A stretch of 64,000 bases of DNA from Mustelus asterias (lineage: Eukaryota). The first letter of the stretch is position 1; each line of letters begins with the position of its first letter. The stretch spans positions 310,001 through 374,000 of the forward strand of contig NW_027590388.1 of NCBI RefSeq assembly GCF_964213995.1. Reading direction: 5' to 3'. The notes beneath the pieces are model-generated. The model was not told where the DNA came from, did no database searches, and saw only the letters and a program-made list of their open reading frames with translations. Shown in pieces: positions 37,643-50,809 of the stretch. Position numbers and translations under genes: made by a program.

Positions 37643-40318
37643 ACACAGTAAGAAGTTTAACAACACCAGGTTAAAGTCCAACAGGTTTATTTGGTAGCAA
37701 AAGCCACACAAGCTTTCGGAGCTCTAAGCCCCTTCTTCAGGTGAGTGGGAATTCTGTTCACAAACAGAGCTTATAAAGACACAAACTCAATTTACATGAA
37801 TAATGGTTGGAATGCGAATACTTACAACGAATCAAGTCTTTAAGAAACAAAACAATGTGAGTGGAGAGAGCATCAAGACAGGCCAAAAAGATGAGTATTG
37901 TCTGCAGACAAGACAGCCAGTGAAACTCTGCAGGTCCAGGCAACTGTGGGGGTTACAAATAGTGTGACATGAACCCAATATCCCGTTTGAGGCCGTCCTC
38001 GTGTGTGCGGAACTTGGCTATCAGTTTCTGCTCAGCGACTCTGCGCTGTCGTGTGTTGCGAAGGCCGCCTTGGAGAACGCTTACCCGAATATCAGAGGCC
38101 GAATGCCCGTGACCGCTGAAGTGCTCCCCAACAGGAAGAGAACAGTCTTGCCTGGTGATTGTCGAGCGGTGTTCATTCATCCGTTGTCGCAGCGTCTGCA
38201 TAGTTTCCCCAATGTACCATGCCTCGGGACATCCTTTCTTGCAGCGTATCAGGTAGACAACGTTAGCCGAATTGCAAGAGTATGTACCGTGTACCTGGTG
38301 GATGGTGTTCTCACGTGAGATGATGGCATCTGTGTCGATGATCCGGCACGTCTTGCAGAGGTTGCTGTGGCAGGGTTGTGTGGTGTCATGGTCACTGTTC
38401 TCCTGAAGGCTGGGTAGTTTGCTGCGGACAATGGTCTGTTTGAGGTTGTGCGGTTGTTTGAAGGCAAGAAGTGGGGGTGTGGGGATGGCCTTGGCGAGAT
38501 GTTCGTCTTCATCAATGACATGTTGAAGGCTCCGGAGGAGATGCCGTAGCTTCTCTGCTCCGGGGAAGTACTGGACAATGAAGGGTACTCTGTCCACTGT
38601 GTCCCGTGTGTTTCTTCTGAGGAGGTCGGTGCGGTTTTTCGCTGTGGCGCGTCGGAACTGTTCATCAATGAGTCGAGCATCATATCCTGTTCTTATGAGG
38701 GCATCTTTCAGCGTCTGGAGGTGTCTGTTGCGATCCTCCTCATCCGAGCAGATCCTGTGTATACGGAGGGCTTGTCCGTAGGGGATGGCTTCTTTAACGT
38801 GTTTAGTGTGGAAGCTGGAGAAGTGGAACATCGTGAGGTTATCCGTGGGCTTGCGGTACAGTGAGGTGCTGAGGTGACCGTCCTTAATTGAGATGCCTGT
38901 GTCCAAGAATGCAACCAATTCCGGAGAGTAGTCTATGATGAGTCTGACGGTGGGATGGAATTTGTTGATGTCATCATAGAGTTGTTTCAGTGATTGTTCA
39001 CCATGAGTCCAATGGAAGAAAATGTCATCGATGTATCTAGTGTATAGCATCGGTTGAAGGTCCCGTCCGGTGAAGAAGTCTTGTTCGAACCTGTGCATGA
39101 AGATGTTGGCATATTGAGGTGCGAATGTGGTCCCCATGGCTGTTCCGTGTGTCTGGATGAAGAACTGGTTGTTGACGGTGAAGATGTTGTGGTCCAGGAT
39201 GAAGCGGATGAGTCGTAAAATTGCATCTGGAAACTGGCAGTTGTTGGCGCTGAGCACTGAGGCCGTTGCAGCAATGCCATCGTCATGGGGGATGCTGGTG
39301 TAGAGTCCCGAGACATCCATTGTGACGAGGAGCGCTCCTGGTTCAACTGCTCCATGTGTGCCGAGTTTCTGTAGGAAGTCCGTCGTGTCGCGACAAAAGC
39401 TGGGGGTTCTTTGTACAATGGGTTTCAGGATGCCCTCGACATAGCCGGAGAGGATCTCGCACAGGGTTCCGTTTCATGAAACGATGGGACGGCCGGGTGT
39501 GTTTGCCTTGTTTATCTTCGGGAGGCAGTAGAGATCTCCAACGCGGGGAGTATGTAGGATGAGAGCACGGAGGGTGTTCTGTTGGTCCGGATCAAAGGTC
39601 TTGATCAGAGTGTTGAGTTGACGGGTGTGTTCTTTGGTCGGATCTGCAGGTAACTGTCTGTAGTGTTCCTCGTTGTTGAGTTATCGGTACACTTCTTTGC
39701 AGTAATCCGTTCTGTTCAGTATGACGATGGCCCCTCCTTTGTCTGCTGGTTTGATGACAATGTTGCGGTTGGTCTTGAGAGCGTGGATGGCGTTACGTTG
39801 TGCTTGGGTGATGTTCGGGGCTACCTTGTGAGTGCGGCTGATGAATTTGGTGTTGACGCACCTCCTGACGGCTTGGGCATACATGTCAAGTCGAGGGCAG
39901 CGGCCTTCCGGAGGAGTCCAATTCGACTCTTTCCTCTTCGGATGCACTGCGGATCTCTCTGTCGGCTGTTCCGGTTCATTGGCTGTCTCATTGTGTTCGT
40001 TGTTGGCCTCTTGGGGTTTGTGGAAGAACTCCCTCAGCCTCATTCGCTTGATGAATTCCTCTGTGTCTGCTGCGAGACTGATGGGGTCTATTTTGGTGGT
40101 GGGGCAAAAATTAAGCCCTTGGCTTAATTCATGTAAATTGAGTTTGTGTCTTTATATGCTCTGTTTGTGAACAGAATTCCCACTCACCTGAAGAAGGGGC
40201 TTAGAGCTCCGAAAGCTTGTGTGGCTTTTGCTACCAAATAAACCTGTTGGACTTTAACCTGGTGTTGTTAAACTTCTTACTGTGTTTACCCCAGTCCAAC
40301 GCCGGCATCTCCACATCA
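37643..40318 (-). mobile_element. Penelope-like retroelement (RT plus GIY-YIG) with inverted pseudo-LTRs
   Basis: ORF 37953-39320 with YTRYIDD and VVYLIRC...WYIGET; upstream frameshifted parts (IVIKPADKGG); ~160-bp inverted termini; TTTATTTTT duplicated at 37634 and 40319. Confidence 0.93.
40185..40221 (+). ncRNA. Minimal hammerhead ribozyme motif in Penelope pLTR (inverted copy at 37707-37743)
   Basis: CAC-CTGAAGA-A-GGGGC/GCTCC-GAAA-GCT-T-GTG. Confidence 0.65.
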
Positions 40319-41289
40319 TTTATTTTTACAGCCAAACACATTCTGGATGTGTCCGTATCATGTTTAAAGTTTATTTATTAGAGTCACAAAAGTAGGATTA
40401 CGTTAATACTGCAATGAAGTTACTGTGAAAATCCCCTAGTCGCCACACTCCGCCACCTGTTCGGGGACACTAAGGGAGAAATTTAGCATGGCAATACACC
40501 GAACCAGCACGTATTTCGGACTGTGGGAGGAAACTGGAGCAAATCCACACAGACACGGGAAGAACGTGCAAACTCCACACAGAACCAAGCCAGGAATCGA
40601 ACCCGGGTCCCTGGCGCTGTGAGGCAGCAGTGTGCCACTGTGCCACCGTGCCACCCCGTGTGAGGTCGGTGTAGGTAAGACAGATTCCCCACCCATTCTC
40701 GAGGTTGTCAGATCGGATGTTCGGGACAACTCAAGGAAACTGCTTCAGGTATAGGTGATTCATTCTCCTCTGTTATATTCCACACTCTGTGGAAAGTTGT
40801 GGAGTTAATGTAGTTATATTAGATATGATTCCGAAATAGTGAGGAGATGCTTCATCCGATTAAAGTCGTTTTGCAAATTTGATATGAAATCAATTGCTTA
40901 AATAAATATATGTTTACATTGAAAACTATATTGGGAAGCTATATCCAATACTTCATGCCATCGAGTCAGGGAAACGTTGTTACTTAAAGCAAACTGTACA
41001 AGGATTCCACAGAAACTCCTTCTTCAAATGGGGATTGGACAATGACTTGAAAGGGAGAAAAATCAGCTTCATGGAATGAGAGGAGGAAATTGAAATGAGA
41101 ACAAAGAACAGTGCAGCACAGGAACAGGCCCTTCGGCCCACCAAGCCCGCACCGACACGTCAGTTTGGTAGCTCGTCATAAAATAATTGGCATAGGCATG
41201 GTGGGTCGAAGGGCCTCTTATTGTTCTTTGCCATTGCCAACCATTTTCAATCATTACAACAATCTGAGGTCCCTATCTGCTTCAGGAAG

Positions 41290-43548
41290 TGGAGATAGTG
41301 ACCACAATTCGGTGTCTTTTGTTATTGCAATGGAGAGGGATAGGGCCGTACGGCAGGGCAAGGTTTACAATTGGGGGAGAGGTAATTATGATGCGATTAG
41401 GCAAGAATTAGGGGGCATAAGTTGGGAACAGAAACTGTCAGGGAAAGGAACTAATGAAAAATGGAACTTTTTCAAGGAACAAATACTGGGTGTCCTTGAT
41501 AGGTATGTCCCTGTCAGGCAGGGAGGAAATGGCCGAGTGAGGGAACCATGGTTCACGAAAGAGGTGGAATGTCTTGTGAAAAGGAAGAGGGAAGCTTATG
41601 TAGGGATGAGGAAACAAGGTTCAGATGGCTCGATTGAGGGTTACAAGTTAGCAAGGAATGGGCTGAAAAAGGGGCTTAGGAGAACTAGGAGGGGACACGA
41701 GAAGTCCTTGGCGGGTCGGATCAAGGAAAACCCCAAGGTTTTTTACACTTATGTGAGGAATAAAAGAATGACCTTGGTGAGGTTAGGGCCGGTCAAGGAC
41801 AGTAGTGGGAACTTGTGTATGGAGTCAGTAGAGATAGGGGAGGTGATGAATGAATACTTTTCTTCAGTGTTCACCAAGGAGAGGGGCCATGTCTTTGAGG
41901 AAGAGAAGGTGTTCCAGGCTAATAGGCTGGAGGAAATAGATATTCGGAGGGAGGATGTCCTGGCAGTTTTGAATAAACTGAAGGTCGATAAGTCCCCTGG
42001 GCCTGATGAAATGTATCCTAGGATTCTTTGGGAGGCAAGGGATGAGATTGCAGAGCCTTTGGCTTTGATCTTTGGGTCCTCGCTGTCCACGGGGATAGTG
42101 CCAGAGGACTGGAGAATGGGGAATGTTGTTCCTCTGTTTAAGAAAGGGAATAGAAATGACCCTGGTAATTATAGACTGGTTAGTCTTACTTCGGTGGTTG
42201 GTAAATTGATGGAAAAGGTCCTTAGGGATGGGATTTACGACCATTTAGAAAGATGCGGATTAATCCGGGATACTCAGCATGGATTCGTGAAGGGCAAGTC
42301 GTGCCTCACAAATTTGATTGAATTTTTTGAGGAGGTAACTAAGTGTGTTGATGAAGGTAGGGCAGTTGATGTCATATACATGGATTTTAGTAAGGCATTT
42401 GATAAGGTTCCCCATGGTCGGCTTATGATGAAAGTGAGGAGGTGTGGGATAGAGGGAAAGTTGGCCGATTGGATAGGTAACTGGCTGTCTGATCGAAGAC
42501 AGAGGGTGGTGGTGGATGGAAAATTTTCGGATTGGAGGCAGGTTGCGAGCGGAGTGCCTCAGGGATCAGTGCTTGGTCCTCTGCTCTTTGTAATTTTTTA
42601 TTAATGACTTAGAGGAGGGGGCTGAAGGGTGGATCAGTAAATTTGCTGATGACACCAAGATTGGTGGAGTAGTGGATGAGGTGGAGGGCTGTTGTAGGCT
42701 GCAAAGAGACATAGATAGGATGCAAAGCTGGGCTGAAAAATGGCAAATGGAGTTTAACCCTGATAAATGTGAGGTGATTCATTTTGGTAGGACTAATTTA
42801 AATGTGGATTACAGGGTCAAAGGTAAGGTTCTGAAGACTGTGGAGGAACAGAGAGATCTTGGGGTCCATATCCACAAATCTCTTAAGGTTGCCACTGAAG
42901 TGGATAGAGCTGTGAAGAAGGCCTATAGTGTGTTAGCTTTTATTAACAGGGGGTTGGAGTTTAAGAGCCGTGGGGTTATGCTGCAACTGTACAGGACCTT
43001 GGTGAGACCACATTTGGAATATCGTGTGCAGTTCTGGTCACCTCACTATAAGAAGGATGTGGAAGCGCTGGAAAGAGTGCAGAGGAGATTTACCAGGATG
43101 CTGCCTGGTTTGGAGGGTAGGTCCTATGAGGAAAGGTTGAGGGAGCTGGGGCTGTTCTTTTTGGAGCGGAGGAGGCTGAGGGGAGACTTAATAGAGGTTT
43201 ATAAAATGATGAAGGGGATAGATAGAGTGAACGTTCAAAGACTATTTCCTCGGGTGGATGGAGCTATTACAAGGGGGCATAACTATAGGGTTTTTGGTGG
43301 GAGATATAGGAAGGATATCAGAGGTAGGTTCTTTATGCAGAGAGTGGTTGGGGTGTGGAATGGACTGCCTGCAGTGATAGTGGAGTCAGACACTTTAGGA
43401 ACATTTAAGCGGTTATTGGATAGGCACATGGAGCACACCAGGATGATAGGGAGTGGGATAGCTTGACCTTGGTTTCAGATAAAGCTCGGCACAACATCGT
43501 GGGCCGAAGGGCCTGTTCTGTGCTGTATCGTTCTATGTTCTATGTTCT
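41290..43548 (+). mobile_element. CR1/HER1 LINE, 5'-truncated and relatively young (one frameshift near 42595)
   Basis: Long RT ORFs 41111-42604 and 42672-43466; (TGTTCTA)n tail. Confidence 0.93.
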
Positions 43549-43549
43549 A

Positions 43550-44902
43550 AGAAGATGACCATCATCCCGGTACCTAAGAAAAATCAAGCAGCATGCCTTA
43601 AGAACTATCGGCCGGTGGCTCTGACATCCATCATTATGAAGCGCTTCGAAAGGTTTGTCATGGCACGAATCAATTCCAGCCTCCCGGACTACCTGGATCC
43701 ACTACAGTTGCCTATCGCCGCAACAGGTCCACAGCAAGACGGCATTTCCCTGGCCTTGCACTCAACCCTGGATCACCTAGATCACCTATTTATCGACTAC
43801 CGCTCAGCCTTCAACACTATTATTCCACGAAACTCATCTCCATACTTCGTGGCCTGGGCCTCAGCACCTCCTTTGTGACTGGATCCTGAACTTCCTAACT
43901 CACAGACCACAATCTGTAAGGACAGGCAACAACACCTCCTCCACGATCATCCTCAACACCGTGCCCCACAAGGCTGTGTTCTCAGCCCCCTACTACACTC
44001 CTAATATACCTATGACTGTGAGGCCAAATTCCCCTCCTATTCGATTTTCAAGTTTGCTGACGAGACCACTATAGTGGGTCGGATCTCAAACAATGATGAG
44101 ACAGAGTACAGGAATGAGGTAGAGGATCTGGTGAACTGGTGCAGCAACAATAATATCTCCCGCAATGTCAACAAAACGAAGGAGATTGTCATCGATTTCA
44201 GGAAGCGTAAAGGAGAACATGCCCCTGTCTACATCAATGGGACGAAGTAGAAACGGTCGAGAGCTTCACGTTTTTAGGTGTCCAGATCACCAACTATCTG
44301 TCCTGGTCCCCGCATGCCGACACTATAGTTAAGAAAGCCCACCAACACCTCTACTTCCTCAGATGACTAAGGAAATTTGGCATGTCAGCTACGACTCTTA
44401 CCAACTTTTACAGATGCACCATATAAAGCATTCTTTCTGGTTGTATCATAGCTTGGTATGTCCTGTTCTACCCAAAACTGCAAGGAACTACAAAAGGTCG
44501 TGAATGTGCCCAATCTATCACACAAACCAGCCTCCCATCCATTGACTCTGTCCACACTTCCCGCTGCCTGGGCAAAGCAGCCTGCATAATTAAGGACCCC
44601 ATGCACCCCGGACATTCTCTCCTTCACCTTCTTCCTTCTGGAAAAAGATACAAAAGTCTGAGGTCACGTACCAACCAACTCAAGAACGCCTTCTTCCCTG
44701 CTGCCGTCAGACTTTTGAATAGATTTACCTTGCATTAAGTTGATCTTTCTCTTCACCCTAGCTCTGACTGTAAGACTGCATTCTGCACACTCTCATTTCC
44801 TTCTCTATGAGCGGTATGTTTCGTCTATGTAGCGCGCAAGAAACAATACTTTTCACTGTATGTTAATACATGTGACAATAATAAATCAAATCAAATCAAA
44901 AT
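43550..44902 (+). mobile_element. Rex1/Babar-type LINE
   Basis: IIPVPKK...NYRPVALTSIIMK; (AAATC)n tail. Confidence 0.85.
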
Positions 44903-44988
44903 CATACTTGGATCAATATGTCTACAGCAGTCCCAATGAGTGTTGCAACATTTCAAGAGAGTCCCATTGGGTCCGATGGACGCCAGCA

Positions 44989-45061
44989 GTTTCTGTAGTG
45001 TAATGGTGGTTGCATTCGCCTCACACACAAAAGGCCCCTCGTTCAAAGCCATGCCGAAATA
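44989..45061 (+). pseudogene. tRNA-Val(CAC) pseudogene
   Basis: GTTTCTGTAGTGTAATGGTGGTTGCATTCGCCTCACACACAAAAGG...; stems disrupted. Confidence 0.7.
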
Positions 45062-45975
45062 TTATTAAAATTTGTTCATTCAGGGTGAGGGAAGTTTACA
45101 TGATTTTAAATTTGTTGTTAAACATTATCCGAAACTCGATATTAAAGACATGTTATCTATCATTGCTCTGACCTCGGCCTCAAAATCTTTCAGCAAAATC
45201 AGAGATCTTGTATTTTTATGACGCAATGAGAGGAAATAGATGTTCCTGTTTTGACACCGTGGACGTATCAGCAACTCATTCAGTCCACAACAGAATTTAA
45301 TGGCTTTGTTGATGCAGACTAACAAAGTTAATCATCATCTGAACCATGTCTAATAGCATTGTGTGCTCAAAAAGGCAGACACAAGTGAAACTGTAACTGA
45401 ACTCGAGGAAATGACGCACATTGCGCGGAACCATTATTTTAACATCGTTCTTCAGAGGAAACAAATAGGGAAAACCACTCTGACAGTTGAGGAAATCGAG
45501 AATTCGTGCGGATCTACTGGACTTTCCTGCAGCTGAATGGGATTTAGACGTCTGAGTGTTTCATACACAGAATAAAGAGAGATCAAGTATAACTAACAAA
45601 TCATTCTTAAATGATCTTTAAGTTATCTTTAAAGATATTTGATTTTGTTTAAAAGCTGATTGTGGTCAATCTCAATGAAGCACCGTGACTTGTGTATTAC
45701 CCAGTGATTCGATTCCTTTTGTTGGTCAGTCATGTTTGCAATTCAATGTTTCCGATTTCGGAGATATTTCATTCAGAATGAGAAGATATGTGATTAATAA
45801 AAATATATTAATATTAAACATTGAACAACGAACAAATATTGGATAGAACTGGTTGAAATTATTCGAAGGAAGATGAGAATGATGCATTGATGATTGAGCA
45901 GAAATCATTGCTTGCTTCAATATTTGCCGGACGACCGCTGTTAAAGGTTGAACTTCAAGATAAGTTGAGAAATCA

Positions 45976-47480
45976 GGTGCCAGGTGTGCGAGCATCTTAC
46001 GTCATTGTCGCACTGTGCTCCTGGAGAGCCGCAGCCGGCGGCGGCACGTCGCCTCCGAGACAGCCTCAAATAAATTTCTGGGCCTGTACCACCTTGCCCT
46101 CTCAACCTTTTTGAGAGACTGCTCACCCACCTCCTGGACCTCAGCGACAGCTCCCTGCTGTCCTTCCTGAGGGACTGGTATTGACTGCTCCTGCGGTGGT
46201 CTCCCCACACCCGCCGCCTCCTGAGCCACCTCCTCTTCCTCCTCATCCACCACCATAATGGCCAGCTCCAAATCTATTAATCTAAAATCCATCTGCACAA
46301 TGGGGTTTGGAAAGACAAAGAATTACTGATTCGTGTCATTGGAAGCATCGACCCAGCACCACCCTAATTCCTCACTTGGGCCAATACTCCCAGTTGTGGG
46401 TACTGTCAACACCACACAATCCATGGTGCCGGACGCGACCTGATTCGGTTGTGTGAAATTCCCATCATGACAAATGCTGGCACAGATTATGCAGGTGAGT
46501 GTGCAGCTGTGGCACTGCGCACCCTTGAACAATTGCCATATGTGCAACTGCAGTATCCGTTACAGGCATGGTCAGTGTCACGGGGCAGAGGCAGAGTTAA
46601 ATCATCACCGGATAGGTGCCCAGTGACAGCAGATTCCATGCAGTCGAAGTGCGAACCACCGCACCCCGGCCTGGAGCAGCAGCTGCTTGATGTGGTTAAG
46701 CCTCAGTCAGCACATGGTGCACTGGCCCCCCCTCCCTCCCCCGGAAACACAGTACTCAGTGCAGTTCCTAACCACACCCCAGGTCCAGATAATACCACTG
46801 CACAGTGCCCTCAAGGGGAAGGCTGAGCAGCACTCCTTCAGGGCCCCTTTTCCACAAAGTTATAGCAGTGCCCTCTGGGGGAAAGCTGAGCAGAACTCAT
46901 TCAGGGCCCGCCCACCTAGAGCTCTGAGAAAATAGAAGCCCCCCCCCCACCCCAACACCAAATCCGCCTCCCCACCCCGCCACCCCAGGTATCACTGGTC
47001 CACCAGCCAGCACCGGAAGACAGCCAGGAGGAACCCCACCAAGCACCTCCAGTGCCTGCCAGCAACATCCCCCACATTCCTTTCGCTTCAGGTCCACAGC
47101 AGTCACGAAGCTTTGCAAAACACTGCTTCAGCCTTATTGGAATCATGGAGGTGACTCTCCCAGAAAAATCCAAGTGTGGCATTCGCGGGAAAGCTGGAAT
47201 AATTCACGCTGGTTTAATCAGCGGGAGTTCAGATTAGAGTCTCCCACACTTTGTACAATGCAGAGCCCACCGGCGCGAATATCATTAAATCTCAGGGGGC
47301 GGGGCCTATTCGCAATGGGGGGTGGGCTGAATTCAGCGGGCCTCTGCGCATGCGCAGTGACCCCGCTCGCTCGCTGGTCAGCCCGGGACCCCCGCAGTGT
47401 TCCTCCCCAAAACCTCCCACGATCGTGGCCGCCCTGTCCATTTGCGGGCCAACCCCGAACCCCCACGTCCCAGACCGATC
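45976..47480 (-). mobile_element. Probable PIF/Harbinger DNA-transposon remnant
   Basis: EEEEE...RWYRPRNLFEAVSEATCRRRLRLSRSTV resembles the N-terminus of HARBI1-like transposases; GC-rich block starting abruptly at the duplication end. Confidence 0.5.
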
Positions 47481-48149
47481 TCCAATCTTGCTCCTTCCCA
47501 CAGTGGGAATAATCTCTCTCTCTAACGACTCGGCCCAGATGTCTCAGAGTTTTAAAACCTCTCTTGAATCCTCTTTCTACGTTCTACGCTCGAAGAAACA
47601 GACCCAGCTGCTTCCATCTATTCACAAAACGGTACTTCCTTATTTCTGGTGTCATTCTCTTGAATCTTTTCCACCCACGCAGCCATACTTTAACATCCTC
47701 CCTGCAGTACAGAGTGCCGAACTAGAACAATGCTCTACTTGAGGCAGAATCAGTTTTTACAGCCGTGTAAATCACATTTTAACACATTTGTGCACATACA
47801 TTAAGATAAACTCTTTATACTTTCCTCATTAGCAAGCACAGACGGTTAACATACGAAACAATCATATTGGAAAGCAAGTCTCATACCGATATAAATCTAA
47901 GCCTCTGATCAACCTAGACAGTTCAGAGCAAACAAAGAAGGTTTTTATTTAGAGTGCAGTCAGTGTTGCAATGTTAGACATGGGGCAACCATGTTATGCA
48001 AAGCGATATCGCAAAAACAGCAATGTGAGACAAGGAGACCAATGTTTTTATCTTTCAAAGCTGTCGTCTGAGAAACAGCGATTGTCCCCAGGAAACAAAG
48101 AGAATGTCACACACTTCCTCATAGCCCTGTTCACAGTACTGGCCCTGTG

Positions 48150-48705
48150 ATCTTTACTGAGTTACAGACTGGATTCGAATTGATGGGTTCAGGATGGTCT
48201 ACACATAGAATAACAAATAACTGGGAGTGAGTTACAGACCGGAATCCAAGCAATGAATCTAAGCAGAGGGTTTATATATAGGATAAGATACCCGGGAGTG
48301 TGTTACAGACTAGAATCTAATCAAGGGTTTGGTGTGGTTTATATATGGAATAACAGATACTTGGAAATGAGTTCCAAACTGCAATCCAATCTCGGGGTTT
48401 GGGGTGGTTTATCTATAGAATAACAGATACCCATAAGTGAGTTAAAGACTGGGGTCCAATCGAGGATTTTGGAGTGGTTTACATAAAATGACAGATACCT
48501 GGGAGTGAGTGACAGAGTAGAATCTAATTGAAAGGTTCATGGTGGTTTATGTACAGAATAACAGATACCTGGGAGCGTCATAAACTAGAATCTAATCGAG
48601 GGTTTCTGGTGGTTTATAGAACAACAGATACCCGGGAGTGAGTTACAAACTGGAATATAATCAAAGGTTTTCGAGTGGCTTAAATGTAGAATACGCTGGG
48701 AGTGA
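48150..48705 (+). repeat. Diverged ~69-bp tandem repeat (about 8 units)
   Basis: GGGAGTGAGTTACAGACTGGAATCTAATCGAG...TGGTTTATATAGAATAACAGATAC recurring. Confidence 0.85.
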
Positions 48706-48744
48706 ATTTGTACCTGTCTCACTTCCCAAATCTATCTTGTTGCC

Positions 48745-49235
48745 TTACAATGTTGTCTTAAGTGTCACCTCCTCTGCTTCTGCTGAATATGTTACTGCAC
48801 TTTGACCATCAGGTCCCTGTCCGCTGAGGAGTTGGTAGTCAGCATCTTTTGGTCGTTTCTTCAGGCTTGTGTATGTTGAATCTTGTACTGGAACCATCTG
48901 GGGAGTGTTAGGCTTAGTCTCATCCTGCCTTTGGAGGCTTGCAGCAGGCCCAGCCTCGGCCTGCTCTCTTATTGAGCCTGAGCTCGGCCCAGACTCGGCC
49001 TGAATTCTGAGGCTTGCAGCAGGCCCAGCCTCGGCCTGCTCGCTTAGTGAGCCTGCACTAGGCCCAACCTTATCCAGCCTTCTGAGGCCTGCAGCAGGCC
49101 CAGCCTCGACCTCCACTGTCAGTTGCGAAGACCGCTTTGGCCTGCCCTGCACCCGTTGGCCAGTGGCCTGGGCTTGCTCCTTGGTGTCAGGTTGAGTTCC
49201 AGGACTTAGCAAATCAGAGTAAATTCCTTCTTCTC
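48745..49235 (-). CDS. Ig-superfamily receptor, terminal cytoplasmic exon (25-aa repeats, ITAM)
   Basis: CTCTTTGCAG acceptor; EEGIYSDL...DSTYTSLKKRPKDADYQLL...VTYSAE...stop; phase 1. Confidence 0.8.
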
Positions 49236-49611
49236 CTGCAAAGAGGAAAGATCAATTTCAGTGGAAAAAGAAACCTAGGAACAAGGAGCAGTTGGATGCA
49301 GTGAGCTTGGTTCTCGTCCTGTGGCACGATTATGCTGATCCTATCAACTCTATTCTCCACTCCACTCCCCGTTCTCTTTTAGAAAATGCCCGAAAATCTC
49401 TCAAACTCTGTCTTGAATCTACTCAATGAATGATCATCTACCGCTCTCTGGGTTAGAGAATTTCAAAGACTTACCACTCTGACTGAAAAGCCTGAAATTT
49501 GATCCCTTACCCTGAAACCGTGACCCCCATATTCCGGACTCCGCAACCGGGGGAGACATCCGGTAAGCATGTTGCACTTGAAACTGTGAGAGATCTGTAT
49601 ACGTTTCAAAC

Positions 49612-50416
49612 AGATGGACTTCAACCCGGATAAGTGTGTGGTGATCCATTTTGGGATGAAGCAGCAATATAATATGAAGGGTACCATTCTTAGCAGTGTA
49701 GAGGATCAGAAGGACCTTGGGGTCCGGGTCCATAGGACTCTTAAATCGGCCTCGCAGGTGGAGGATGCGGTCAAGAAGGCGTACGGCGTACTGGCCTTCA
49801 TTAATCGAGGGATTGAGTTTAGGAGTCGGGAGATAATGCTGCAGCTTTATAGGACCCTGGTAGACCCCACTTGGAGTACTGCGCGCAGTTCTGGTCACCT
49901 CATTACAGGAAAGATGTTGAAGCCATTGAAAGGGTGCAGAGGAGATTTACAAGGATGTTGCCTGGATTGGGGGGCATGCCTTATGAGGATAGGTTGAGGG
50001 AGCTTGGTCTCTTCTCCCTGGAGAGACGAAGGATGAGAGGTGACCTGATAGAGGTTTACAAGATGTTGAGAGGTCTGGATAGGGTAGACTCTCAGAGGCT
50101 ATTTCCAAGGGCTGAAATGGTTGCTACGAGAGGACACAGGTTTAAGGTGCTGGCGGGGGGGGGGGGGGTAGGTACAGAGGAGATGTCAGGGGTAAGTTTT
50201 TCACTCAGAGGGTGGTGGGTGAGTGGAATCGGCTGACGTCGGTGGTGGTGGAGGCAAACTCGTTGGGGTCTTTTAAGAGACTTCTGGATGAGTACATGGG
50301 ATTTAATGGGATTGAGGGCTATAGATAGGCCTAGAGGTGGGGATGTGATCGGCGCAACCTGTGGGCCGAAGGGCCTGTTTGTGCTGTGGCTTTCTATGTT
50401 CTATGTTCTATGTTCT
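49612..50416 (+). mobile_element. CR1 LINE 3' end (intronic)
   Basis: RT C-terminal motifs and (TGTTCTA)n tail. Confidence 0.9.
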
Positions 50417-50809
50417 ATCACCTCTCACACTATTTGCTTCCAGAATACTAATCTCACATCAGCCAATATCCCTCAGCCCAGGAGTCAGTAGCAAAATGAT
50501 TTTCTCTGTATCGCTCGAATATGAGTTAATTCGGTAAGGAGACCAAAACTGTTCGCAGTATTCCAGCTGTGACAGTACCAACGTAGCTCTAACAAGAATA
50601 CCTCACTCTAATACACCAAATGCTTGTGTAAAAGAGGCAAACATGGGTTTCGAGCTGATTCCTGTGCCCGCCTGTTTGACAAATCTCCAGGCAAGGGAGA
50701 TCGGGAGGCAGATTGACACAGAGACAGTCTGAGCATCTCCAAAATGATAAAATTACACTCAGTAATGTTTACAAATAAAAAATTCCCTCTTACACTGCCC
50801 CACAACCAA

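Larger units (their letters stand above)
35706..45975. repeat. Segmental duplication copy B
   Basis: Paralogue of 20124-26460, expanded by Penelope, CR1 and Rex1 insertions. Confidence 0.9.
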
